From Ophelia neglecta (Eukaryota): 64,000 bases of DNA. The stretch covers positions 63,922,001 to 63,986,000 of the forward strand of contig OZ260662.1 in the NCBI GenBank assembly GCA_965285935.1. The letters are read 5' to 3'. The translations under genes and the position numbers were made by a program. The notes under the pieces are model-generated. The model was given only the letters and a program-made list of their open reading frames with translations. It was not told the DNA's origin and made no database searches. Shown here piece by piece: positions 26,590 to 39,139 of the stretch. The stretch's first letter is position 1, and each line of letters begins with the position of its first letter.

Positions 26590-29500
26590 TTAGTATAATA
26601 AGTTATCTTCAACAAGATGAATATCAAATGTCTTAGACCCGGACAACACTAGATCGGTACTGCTGCTTGGAGAATCTGCAGAATCTGATGAGATTACACT
26701 TTCAAATGCAGGCTTTACATCACCAGTATTGTCATTTTGTTTCGAATTAAATATGGATTCATTCGAGTTCATGTTATGATTGGCAAGACGAGATGGTCGT
26801 GCCATTTCTTTCAACTTATATTGATCCGTGTCATTCAGTGACTGAAAGTAAGTTTGTCGAGTGTGTGTAATTTTGCTCTTGACAAAACTGTTTTTTACAT
26901 CTCCAATCATAACAGAGTTGTTGGTACATGTCCGCACAGTTTCTCCATTTGACTTTTCCTTATCTATCTTGAGTTTATTAGAACGACGTACGCAGTGAAA
27001 CAAGTACCTGATATCCCCACATTTTCCTAAAGGACCAATCAATGCACACAATGAGAGAAAGAAAAAGGTGGAAAATGACCAACTCACTGTCATGACTATC
27101 ATCAAAAAGACCCCAAAATTGCGGTAGCCAAGGACCCTGCCACCCATAACAGCGGCTCCTGCTAAAAAGGTTGTGAAAGTCGCCATGGCAACAGCCGAGC
27201 CTACCTTAGACATCGCATTGGATACACGCAATGCCCTCGTGCTGCCCACATCTAGAAGGTAGGCAACCCCATAGTGAATAGTGAAATCAATGGATAGACC
27301 TACAGCTAAAGTGATGGTGATGGACTCGAAGAAACCGAGCTCCCATCCTAAAAGGACTAAAATGCCAACTGTGGTTGCTATGATGAGAGCAATTGTGACA
27401 ATGGAATAAATAGTAATAAGAAAATTCATAGATGTCAACAACAGAACTAAACACCCCACAGCCAAAGACACCCCGATTCCAATCAATGTACCGCCAGCTA
27501 GCGACTTCTGGAGGTCATAGTAGAAGAAGTCATGGCGTGCTCCGCACCACCAAAAGTCTTGTAATTCAGTTGAAACATGCTCTTTTTCTTCCTGAACAAA
27601 TCTTTCCACCTTCGAATAAAAGTCGTCTGTTATGTCGTACAGAGTTGTCCACTTGTATGTGGTAGGAATGACTAGCATAAATGTTTTTATACTTTGTCCC
27701 AAGTTGTCATATATTGGAAATCCAACTATTTCTTTCTTCTGTGATTCGGCCAATAAGGTCATTGATGTAAGGATGTGAATATTTTGCAAACAAATTTCGG
27801 CTAATTTTTCTTCCAGTGGATAGGATAAATCACAACATGGGTGTATTTGTATACCTGTTGAATTGCAGGGTTCTCTAACTATTTCAGAGAACACATCAAA
27901 GAAACATGCATGCTTCTCTGGTTCAAGAACAAAATTTTGGTCCAACAGATGCAGGCATAATTCCCTGTTCTGCAACTGAGATGATTTTGCATAAATGTTA
28001 TAGTTCTCATGAAACAAGATAGTTCCATTGTCTTGAGGGTCTAATTCACTTCCTTTGTCTGAAGAATCAACCCCCCATACAAACTGAATATAAACGTTGT
28101 ATTGAAGAACATTTCTCAGTTCCAACTCATATCGAAACTTGTCCGTCATTTCGTTCCTGTACTTCTCAAAATGATGTTCTGGATAGAATACTTGCATTTC
28201 TGCTGATGTGGGCAATGTTAACTTTGGTTTGATAAATACAATAATTATACCTGATATACCAATTGAAAGAAATATCAGGACCCAGAAGTATCTGGCCTTG
28301 ATAATTATCTTTGGCAAGTATTTGTTCCAAAATTTGTTCGAAATATTGGTCAATTTTTTGCACTCACATCTGCAACAGGACAGTAAGTTACTTCTGGCCA
28401 TTAGCACCAATATTGGCGGAACAAACGTGATCATAAAAAAGAAATTCAACATTATACAAATGCCGGCGAACATACTGAAGCATTTGAGCGATGTGATGTC
28501 GCTTACATAATTAGCGAAGAGCGCTGCTGCTGTGGTGAGACTAGTGACTAAGATTGACACAGCACCGTGAGTTAAAGTGAGAGACGCGATCTTCTCAACC
28601 TCATTCTTCTTACCATCTTGGTCATAAACAAAAGAATTCCAGATATCAAACAGTATGAATACATCATCAGCTCCCACAGCTATACATAACAAAACTGCTA
28701 GGACGTTAATGAAAGGAAAAAACGGAAACCGAAATACCATAGCATAGAAGAAATAACCGGTCAGAATAGTAAATACCACCACAACAAGTATCACCATAGT
28801 CAAAATGAAAGACCTCATGTACAAGACAATGGCAATTAATACCAGGGACATTGCCAGACCATAGAATGGTAAATCACTGATTACATAATTGTTGAAAATT
28901 TGAATTTTTATCAGCAGATCCATTGATTTGGATTCTACTAGACCGTCATCAGATATGATGTGAACATTGTCTAAGTTATCTACATAATAGTCCCGGACAT
29001 CTGATAGGTCTTTGGTGGGGTCTAACCAAGAAGGTCTGAAAATGATCTGTGAATATGTTACTTTTAACTCTCCAGCAGTATCCCCATCAGTCAGGAAATT
29101 GATATCAGTGAGGTAATTAAGTATTTTGTAGACAACATTGTGCCGAAAACATTGCACAGGTAAACCTGAGCATTCTTCATTCAAATAGCAATTTTTTAAA
29201 GTTTCGTTGTAAAAGTATGCAGAGCATAGTTTTAGTACATTTATGGTATTGTTGACATCTTCTGTTGTGAGATCATTGCAGGTTTTGTTATTAGTCTCAG
29301 CAATATAGTAAGGCAGCGAGTGACCCCTGCAGTTTCCAACAAAGTGTGGGCTGATATATTTGTCTTCTATGCTACAAATGGCTTTCAAATGAGCCACATC
29401 CAATAGGTTTGCATCCTTGGTGGTGGCCTGAACTGCCATCCTTGGAATTTTGTTTTCTGCAATCATAAGAAAAGATCAGGGGTTTGATACCATGGTAAAT

Positions 29501-30885
29501 GGCGAGCTGCACAACAAACTTCTCTTACATGCAACATGACAATGTTTTCATAAAAATAAGTTCCAGATACCATGTACTGTCAGTCTGGAATAAAGACTAC
29601 AGCTATTAGCCAGTGCAACTCACTATAATATAAATTTAAGAAAAATATTATAATTTTAAGAAAAGCAAGGAGATGGCTGTAGTTTAATGCTCTAAGTAAA
29701 AGCAAACTGATAACAAAAAAACTATGTTCAACTTACCCAAGTCAAATATGATGGGTTCTGACAGACAAGACATATTGGATTCCGCCTTGACATCCCTCCT
29801 ATTTCTGGAGACGGCATCTAGAGGAGGGTGCTCAGGCACTCCAGGTATTACAGTTAGATTGCCATTCCACAGTTGACGCTGTAGCTCTAAGGCGGCCTGT
29901 GATCGTCCCCGTATGGGGGTCCCACGGGTTTCGAACCCCTACAACAGAAACAGTTAGGAGTTTTCGAGAACTCAAGCTGCAAATCCGCATGTCCAGGTCC
30001 ACATGCTATATAATCACTCATCTCCTTTCCTCTACACAATGCTTTGTGGGGATTGGGTAGAAAACAAAATCCTTTTTCTTTATTAACTTGTGATAGGCTA
30101 TCTACATAAAGAGAGCCTTTTATAAAAATAATTATGTGAATCTAATTCTCAATTCTGTCAACTTAAACTAAACAAGAAGTTCTTAAGCCAATTATCAACA
30201 GATAACACAGACAAGTTGAAATGGGCCACCTCCGTTATAAGGAATATGTTTGGCGCCCGTTTCACCATGCTCGCTGAATCCAGAGATACATCAAGGTGCA
30301 TAGATGGGTAAAATATCCACAGCACATGAATCCATGCCGGTCGGCCTTAAATGTGCTTGTATAAGTTTTATGTATCTAAACTCATGGAAAATTATGACAC
30401 ATTATGCCATTAGGGGCCACCACAGAAATTTTGTACACAGCTTGGTATAGAAAATAAAAGGACAAATGTCCACAGTTTTTTATAAATTATCAGGCACTAA
30501 GGATTTTAGCAGGCAATTGACCGACCGTCGACACTCAGCGAAAACACTGTAAAAATTACCACAGAATGTATAAAAGTAGGATTTACCTTTCTGGGGTCTT
30601 CAAATGAAGGCACACCATGAAACCAAAGGGCTAAGGGTCCACACACACCTACTAGCACCACATCAAAGACAATAAACACTACTGGGTAGTGTGTTACAAG
30701 TTTTGAATACCTTGAATGACAGAAAAGTAACTTCAAAAGTCGATTGTCTAAATGAGCATTTGTTAAACACACTCAATCAGTTACAGTAGAAATGTTTACG
30801 AAAATTTGCAAAAAGAAAACGGGGGAGTGTCATCTTACCAAAAAGTGTTAATTTCATCCCATGTCAACATATTAACCATAACCAT
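26590..30885 (-). CDS. DISP: Dispatched-like protein A (RND/sterol-sensing 12-TM), ~1079 aa; exons 30839-30885(30896), 30587-30710, 29737-29938, 26590-29456; further 5' exon(s) possible
   Basis: In-frame GT-AG splicing. W-YSKLV TM1 exon, DP-K|GFETRGT, furin-like RNRR, SSD with PFINVL and VGADDVF, VTSLTTAAA, TM10 GLSIDFTIHYG, LGWELG. Confidence 0.9.
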
Positions 30886-31705
30886 ATTAGAAGTTTCTGT
30901 TAAATGTTATCAATAATGAGTTATACTCAAATTCAATACAGATTTTAATAAAAAATCTAACAAAAGCATTAACCTTTATAACATTTTGTTACATACCATC
31001 CCATTGTTTATAAAATGTAGGACCTAAGTAAGGCCTATTGAAATGTCATACACCGCCACTTCCTCCTATCGTCCACATTATAGTTCTTATCATACAGTTA
31101 CATAAATACCTCGATCTGTCGAACGGGTTGGACTATGAACCTGCATCATGGAACAGCTTAATTTTAGGTCCAATGAATTATACAATAGATTAAAATAATT
31201 ATAGGCCTAAATGTCCACCATACATTGTTTATACTCTCTAATCATAAAGTCTTTGGCATGTGTTTTCTTTACCCCCTTGGGATCACATCTGAGACACTAA
31301 ACCAAAAGAGCACTCACCAAAGGATTATTAAGTTTACACATTTAGCATAGGGTAAATAATACATGATTATGAATATGAAGCAATATAATAGTTGAGAATA
31401 TAATTCAAACGGGAGCACATCCATACCTCATGTTCTGAGATATTTACTACTACTAATGTATGCTATAGAAGACTGATTATCTACATAGCCTTATCATAAC
31501 ACCCTGTCCCCCAACTAATTAATTAGGCCAAATATAAAATAGTCTTAATCTTTTTCCCATTTTTGAAATCAAGTAAGAACATTCTACTGGTCCACACGCC
31601 TAGTAACTTTCTGAATCAGCAGGCCCTGTTTCAATTCAGCAGGCCCTGAAAATTTGACCAATAAATTGCCGCCACAACATGTAAAGGTCTGTAGGTATTT
31701 TTAAC

Positions 31706-32775
31706 GGTATCAGGACATTCCGTCCCCAAACCAGTCCGGCCCCTAGTCGATCCGGCCCCATAACCTTAGTCGATCCGGCCCCACTCCCTTAGTCGACCCG
31801 GCCCCTGACGTTTTACATATTAATTGCATTTAGCAGTATTAACGCCTAAGAAAGAAGTGCTCGCTGCCATGTTTGACACTTGTCATGTCCTACCTGCTCA
31901 TTGCAGGTGAGGATTATCTTTTAAGGGATAAACTAAAACTAGTACGGAGGTGTGACAACACAAATACCTGTGTTGCCTTGATCTCATTTCACAAATCCAT
32001 AAGTGTGAAAACGGAGAATCACTTTATCCCATGTGGATTCAAATGTTCTTTTGAATTTTATTTGTTTGATGTTCTTTGATCACAACTGAATGAATAGAAT
32101 TGGTAATAATAATGTTGAAATACAGTAAATATTTCAAAACCCCAATACACCAATTTATATACACTGTGAATACTTGAAAGGGGGCCAGTTCTTGAATTGT
32201 GTGGCTGATATGACAACAAACAACAGACTTTTATTTTTATATTTCACTTTATTTTATTTTTTTCATTACAAGAGAGTAGATCTACATGAATGATTATTGC
32301 CAACTCAGCCAGCTGTAGAATTGTAGTTCAATCTCCCCTTGTCATGGAAGGAGTCAAGATAATTCTATCACACCTCTAAAAAAAAAAAATCTTACAATTA
32401 TAACTAATACGTATTGTGACAAATACATAGTGAAATATTTAATTTTTATAATTATTTGCACTTTTCATTCCCCCCTCCCAAATAAAAATACCAGATTGGC
32501 CCCGGTTTCGGTGTTTCTTCTCGGTTTCGGTGTTTACCCCTACCGGACAAGTTCGTGTTATTTGGATCTTGTGTAGTAGACGATCGTCGTCGGTATAACA
32601 GCGACTTTAGCACAATATTTAATATATATCTACAGTAATATACACTATACACTGAAGTGTTAGTGGGCTGATAGTGGGGCCGGATCGACTAAGGGAGCGT
32701 GGACGAATCAACCAAGGTAGTGGGGACGGATCGACTAGGGGCCGAAGAGTTTTGGGGACGGAACATCTAGAAAGC
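31706..32775. mobile_element. Non-autonomous TIR element (MULE/hAT-like) with 8-bp TSD
   Basis: TSD TTTTTAAC at 31698-31705 and 32776-32783. Inverted TTCCGTCCCCAAA ends and subterminal TAGTCGATCCGGCCCC repeats. The empty site GGTATTTTTAACGAGGC is present in the paralog at ~56096. Confidence 0.9.
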
Positions 32776-33046
32776 TTTTTAACGAGGCAATAATACTGTA
32801 TTACAAGAACCTATTACTACATGTTAAATAAGAGATGCAGAAAAACTGCCTCGTAAAGCCGAATGCGATGCATAACCAGTAGATCTTAATTACCACTCAG
32901 ACTAATATGCACGCATAGCGCATGGCAGTTCCATACTGCTGTTGTTTGTTGGTAGTATTAACAGTCAGACCAGGTCTGTGAAGAAGCCTTGAAGCTTCCC
33001 TTTAATAAACAACAGCGATACATCTACGTGATCCTCATGTCCTCAC

Positions 33047-33500
33047 CTTGTGTCATTCTGCTTTCACCAACACTGCTGGAGGTGTCAAGTAGTCTTGTTT
33101 ATTTACTCCGTGCAATATACATGGCTGAATATCGCTTAATACCGGGCTTATATTGATGTATAGCCTTGGTCTGCGTCTGGCTTCCCAGATCATGACAACT
33201 TTATTTCCGGCAGGTGCCATACGCCTGCGCTAGAGCTAGGCAGTGTAGCCTCCAAGACCCACACTGCACAGGCGTCCGTCAACTGCAGGCAACTGGGGGT
33301 TAGGCCAAACGCCGGAATACCGCTTGGAATACTGGAATACCCAGTAATAATTAGTAATTTTGTCGAAATAGCCATAGAATCGGTATTTATAATCCTATGT
33401 TTAGATGATTTTTGTGTCGATTGAGGCTTTTCCATTGGGATCGGCTAGGCTGCTATATGGCATTTTTCACAAAATGTCCGTCGCCGGTGTCCGTCTTATA
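33047..33500 (-). promoter_or_regulatory. Putative promoter / first exon region of Dispatched-like A
   Basis: CpG-rich segment ending in strong donor ATGACACAAG|GTGAGG (phase-compatible with the exon starting at 30896). Conserved in the duplicate at 56386. Confidence 0.4.
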
Positions 33501-34586
33501 GGCCTAGGGCCTATGTCTATGTATGTATGTATTTTATTTATTAAAGTGACATGTCTTTCAATAACAAAGGATGCAAGTAATACATATATAAAAAAACAAG
33601 ACCCAACCCAACCTGGGTTTATATGTCACTACAGACAGATAAGTTGGAAAAAAAGTAAGCAAGGTCTATTGCATGTGTTGCAAGCACCCAAACTACACAG
33701 AATACATAGGCCTAGGCTAGGCCTAACAGTTTTTCTGAGATTATAAGCATCATGTATAAAATAAGCCAATTTTTTCTGACAATGTTTAGCAAGAAAAATA
33801 AATTTTTCATCATGGTTCAAAGTACTAAAATTAGGTTTAAATTCAGTTGCTGCTGAGAATAGCCTTTCCCGGAGTGCATGATAAAGTGGGCAAATACAAA
33901 CAAAATGTTTCTCGTCCTCTATTACACCCAAATCACAAACCTCACATAAACGAGCTGATAAATCTAAACCACTATATCGACCAGTTTCAATTTTCAAAGG
34001 CAGCACACCTGACCTGAATTGCGCTAAGAGACTCCTTTGAGAACGAGAGAGGAAACTAGTAATATAAGGTTCACAAATAAAATTTTCCTTAAATAAGACA
34101 TAAGTAGATCTACGTAATTTAGGTTTAGCCTCAAGACCAACCCTCCATCTCTGCTCCACCAGCTGGGTAAGCCTATAGATATCACTACACTAATATCACA
34201 CACTTGTTTTTCATCATAATTTTCCACAAGACCGAGAGTATCAAAAACATTGACAAATATATTATTTTCATGCGAAATATTACAGAGAAAAACTTGTTTT
34301 GTTAACCGATTTTGGTCCATACCTAACAAACGATTCCATAACTTTACAACTGCCAACATCCTCCTTGCACTTGGCGGTAACCAGCCCATGTCACCTTGAA
34401 TTAAGCATGAATGGGAGCCTTGGGAGGCAGGCCCAGGAAGTACCTGTGAGCCCGATATTCAACTTTGTCAATTTCAGGGAATTTACCATCTCCCCATATT
34501 GCAGCCATGTAATCGACAATAGGAACAACACAGGATTGAAATAATTTTTTAAAGGTAAAATATCCAACATCTTTTATGGTTTTGAA

Positions 34587-35972
34587 TTAAGATATAATAC
34601 ATCCAAGAGCTCTGCCACCCGAGTCTGCCAACAGCTTTGAAGCATAAATAAAGTCTAAATGTTCATCAAAATGAATACCTAAATATCTATAGTAGGACAC
34701 TTTTTCAATCAACTCATTGTTGTAAATAAACCTATATTCAGTTTGCTTGGTGCGTTTTCTTCTGAAGTGTACAACTTTGGTTTTGTCTATATTGATTAGC
34801 ATTCTCCACTTTTTACACCATTTTTCAAGGCATTGTAACATTTTTTGCAGACCCTCTGCTGATTCTGATAAAAGAACAATATCATCTGCATATAATAATA
34901 TTGAGAGGATATAGTCAGAGATATGAACACCAACATTTAAAGCATTGATTTCATGAACAAGGTCATTTAAATATAAATTAAACAATGTTGGCGAGAGTAC
35001 ATCTCCCTGTCGAGCTCCCGATGAGGTCATAAACCAATTTGTAAAATGATTATTAATTTTAATACAATATAGGGAATTTTGATATAAAGCCTTTATAGCA
35101 TTGTAAAATTTACCATCAATGTTATTAATGATGAGTTTTCCTAGTAACAAATCACGATCTACCCAGTCAAAGGCCTTCTGCATATCCACAAAACAGGCAT
35201 AAACTGACTCATTTTGTGAAAGTTTACGTCTTATTAATGATGATAATACATAGCCATGATCTGAACAAGATCGCCCTTTCCTAAAGCCATTTTGTTCTTC
35301 AACATAGATAGAAGGTTCCAGAAAATTCACTAATCTACGATTTAAAATAGAATCGTATACTTTCCCTACACAGGACAGGAGACTAATACCTCGGTAGTTT
35401 AACGGTTCATGCGGATCTTTGGCTGCACTCTTTGGTATTGGTGTTATAGTGGATTTAAGCCAAATGGAGGGTACAATAGAGTAATTGAATATACATTGAA
35501 ATAGAGACAACAGGGGTTGTAATACCCCAGGATTTTTTAAAACCTCATATGGAACAAAATCTATACCAACAGCTTTCCTGCTTTTTAGTTTTGATAGAGT
35601 CGCCAACACTTCAGAGGGTTCAATACCAGCATTTAAGTTATTGATATTGTTATTTGGGCTAACATAATGGTCAGTGAAAACTTTTTCCTTTTCATTTTTA
35701 AAATGTATGAACTCTTTATAAAATAATTCATCAAAACCATCTATGTTTCCAGGCTTATTGTAAAGCTTGAAGAATTCTTTTTCCCAGTGATCAAGAACAG
35801 TGTTGATGTCAGTGTGAATAGAATCATCAATTTTGACTTTTAAAGGAATATGTTTATGACTTCTTGGTCCTAAGGATTGAATGTGTTCCCAAAATTGTTT
35901 AGGATCACTTGAATTTAAATTTTCAATCTCAAGCATTTGAGACCGTCTATGTTTTTGTTTTGTTGCTAACAT
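34587..35972 (-). pseudogene. LINE ORF2 reverse transcriptase domain (disrupted by stop/frameshifts)
   Basis: 461-aa ORF with the YADD catalytic motif; continues in other frames at 34024-34389 and 33629-34159. Confidence 0.9.
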
Positions 35973-36000
35973 CTGAAAATTTTAAGAAAGAATCCATTTC

Positions 36001-39000
36001 TTTTTACACTTGTCCTTACAAATACGTTCAGGTAGATGATCCAATACTGAGATAAGGTCCGATAAGTCACCTAACCTCGAATTTAAATCGCCACCAAAGT
36101 AAATAGCGTCAACGTCCTTGTAAATATATAACATAGCAATTAGGTGGGCGAAAAATTCTGTAGCATTGCTCCAAGGGGAGCCTTCAGGGGGCAAATACAA
36201 AGAAAAAATCACAAAGTTAATTTGTTACTTTGTGACTAAACTTTAAACCTATAATTCCATCAAAGGTCTTGTCAATGCACTTAACCGAAAATACATTTAA
36301 CACAGAGTCTTTCACGAGAATACCTACACCGCCTGACCCCTTGGGGGCTCGGAGGTGTTGACCATGTCTGTTTAAACCATACCACGAGAAGCCTGATAGA
36401 GTTATAGTCTGCATGTCTTTACTCAGGTGAGTTTCAGATAAACATAAGATGTCACAGTTCACATGTCTGATTATTTCAGCTCTCAAAATCTGATTGTCAA
36501 TGGTGACATTCCAACTTGCTAGGGACAGTGATCCAAACAGAGATTTAGTGGAGTGCGACTCCGGCTGGTCCCGGCCTTCTACTAGTGAGACTCTGGGGCG
36601 TGACGAGGTCCTGCGGAGTAAGGTCTTGGGCCAGACTGAAATCCTGGGTGATTCCACGGGCCTGTCTGGGGTGGCAGAGGATTCCACAAAGGAGATTGGT
36701 TAGGAGCTGAGTCAGGATGTCGTGGCCACAGAGATTGGGGTGGAGGGCCAGGAGGTTGGCCACCAGCATGATCATTGCGAATCAACCTACCATTGCCTGC
36801 GACTCTCATGTAATTTCCCAAAGGGAGCTCATGGGGCATGGTTTTAAAGTTAAGTTCGATGAGACGATCAGTGTGGCTTTTGGACAACTGTATAAAGACC
36901 TTGCCAAATTTCTTGTAATTCTGCAGCTTGAATTTGCTTCTGAGAACATTAACCTTTGTTTGTTCATCAGACAGTTGTATTTTGACAATACCTGATTTGC
37001 CATTTCTAGGCTGAGCTCTCTCTGCGCGAACGATCGGAGTGTCTATTCCTACACCTTCCTTAATGAGAGTATGGACTTTCTCAACAATTTGTTCGCCAGG
37101 CTCTGCCACAAGCCCTATAGCAATGATGGACACCTTGGGATCAAAAGGCTCATCCTGTATAGCATGTTAGATCGTTCACACTTTGTCAATCTCTCTGTGA
37201 TGGAGTTTAATTCCTTATCATATGTTTTGAATCTTGTGTCCACCTCAACCATGAAAGAGTCAAGTTGAGTTTTAATTCCATTTATTTGAGCACTTACTGA
37301 TTTATCAAGGCCATCGAGACGAGACTCTAATGAGGTTCTAAATTCAGATAACTGATCCTGCAGTTACTGCACTACACAGTTCTGTTATTTCTGTCCTTTG
37401 ACAATTTGAGATATAGACCTTTGATACAGGTTCCTTGCCGGGAGACGTGTCACTTAATGTTCTCTTTACCCTGTCCACAAGTGAAGAATATTGTTCAGCA
37501 CTGAGGAGTAAATATATAGTCTACAACAGATTTACCTCTTGAGTTAATACAAGTGAAATCATCATTTCCCAGACGACTATTGAGAACACAGCATTGAGAG
37601 TCTTTTAGAAAATTAATGAAAAGTTCCCCATAGGGATTTTTACACTTGTCCTTACAAATACGTTCAGGTAGATGATCCAATACTGAGATAAGGTCCGATA
37701 AGTCACCTAACCTCGAATTTAAATCGCCACCAAAGTAAATAGCGTCAACGTCCTTGTAAATATATAACATAGCAATTAGGTGGGCGAAAAATTCTGTAGC
37801 ATTGCTCCAAGGGGAGCCTTCAGGGGGCAAATACAAAGAAAAAATCACAAAGTTAATTTGTTACTTTGTGACTAAACTTTAAACCTATAATTCCATCAAA
37901 GGTCTTGTCAATGCACTTAACCGAAAATACATTTAACACAGAGTCTTTCACGAGAATACCTACACCGCCTGACCCCTTGGGGGCTCGGAGGTGTTGACCA
38001 TGTCTGTTTAAACCATACCACGAGAAGCCTGATAGAGTTATAGTCTGCATGTCTTTACTCAGGTGAGTTTCAGATAAACATAAGATGTCACAGTTCACAT
38101 GTCTGATTATTTCAGCTCTCAAAATCTGATTGTCAATGGTGACATTCCAACTTGCTAGGGACAGTGATCCAAACAGAGATTTAGTGGAGTGCGACTCCGG
38201 CTGGTCCCGGCCTTCTACTAGTGAGACTCTGGGGCGTGACGAGGTCCTGCGGAGTAAGGTCTTGGGCCAGACTGAAATCCTGGGTGATTCCACGGGCCTG
38301 TCTGGGGTGGCAGAGGATTCCACAAAGGAGATTGGTTAGGAGCTGAGTCAGGATGTCGTGGCCACAGAGATTGGGGTGGAGGGCCAGGAGGTTGGCCACC
38401 AGCATGATCATTGCGAATCAACCTACCATTGCCTGCGACTCTCATGTAATTTCCCAAAGGGAGCTCATGGGGCATGGTTTTAAAGTTAAGTTCGATGAGA
38501 CGATCAGTGTGGCTTTTGGACGACTGTATAAAGACCTTGCCAAATTTCTTGTAATTCTGCAGCTTGAATTTGCTTCTGAGAACATTAACCTTTGTTTGTT
38601 CATCAGACAGTTGTATTTTGACAATACCTGATTTGCCATTTCTAGGCTGAGCTCTCTCTGCGCGAACGATCGGAGTGTCTATTCCTACACCTTCCTTAAT
38701 GAGAGTATGGACTTTCTCAACAATTTGTTCGCCAGGCTCTGCCACAAGCCCTATAGCAATGATGGACACCTTGGGATCAAAAGGCTCATCCTGTATAGCA
38801 TGTTAGATCGTTCACACTTTGTCAATCTCTCTGTGATGGAGTTTAATTCCTTATCATATGTTTTGAATCTTGTGTCCACCTCAACCATGAAAGAGTCAAG
38901 TTGAGTTTTAATTCCATTTATTTGAGCACTTACTGATTTATCAAGGCCATCGAGACGAGACTCTAATGAGGTTCTAAATTCAGATAACTGATCCTGCAGT

Positions 39001-39139
39001 TACTGCACTACACAGTTCTGTTATTTCTGTCCTTTGACAATTTGAGATATAGACCTTTGATACAGGTTCCTTGCCGGGAGACGTGTCACTTAATGTTCTC
39101 TTTACCCTGTCCACAAGTGAAGAATATTGTTCAGCACTG
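36001..39139. repeat. Near-identical 1503-bp direct duplication inside the LINE (36001-37503 and 37637-39139)
   Basis: ORF track repeats at offset 1636. Only one substitution noticed (QLSKS vs QSSKS). Confidence 0.95.

Noticed and set aside
26590-29466. Bacterial RND/MMPL efflux gene or horizontal transfer, suggested by long uninterrupted ORFs
   Set aside because: Spliceosomal introns, conserved exon phases and Dispatched-specific motifs show these are large terminal exons of animal genes.
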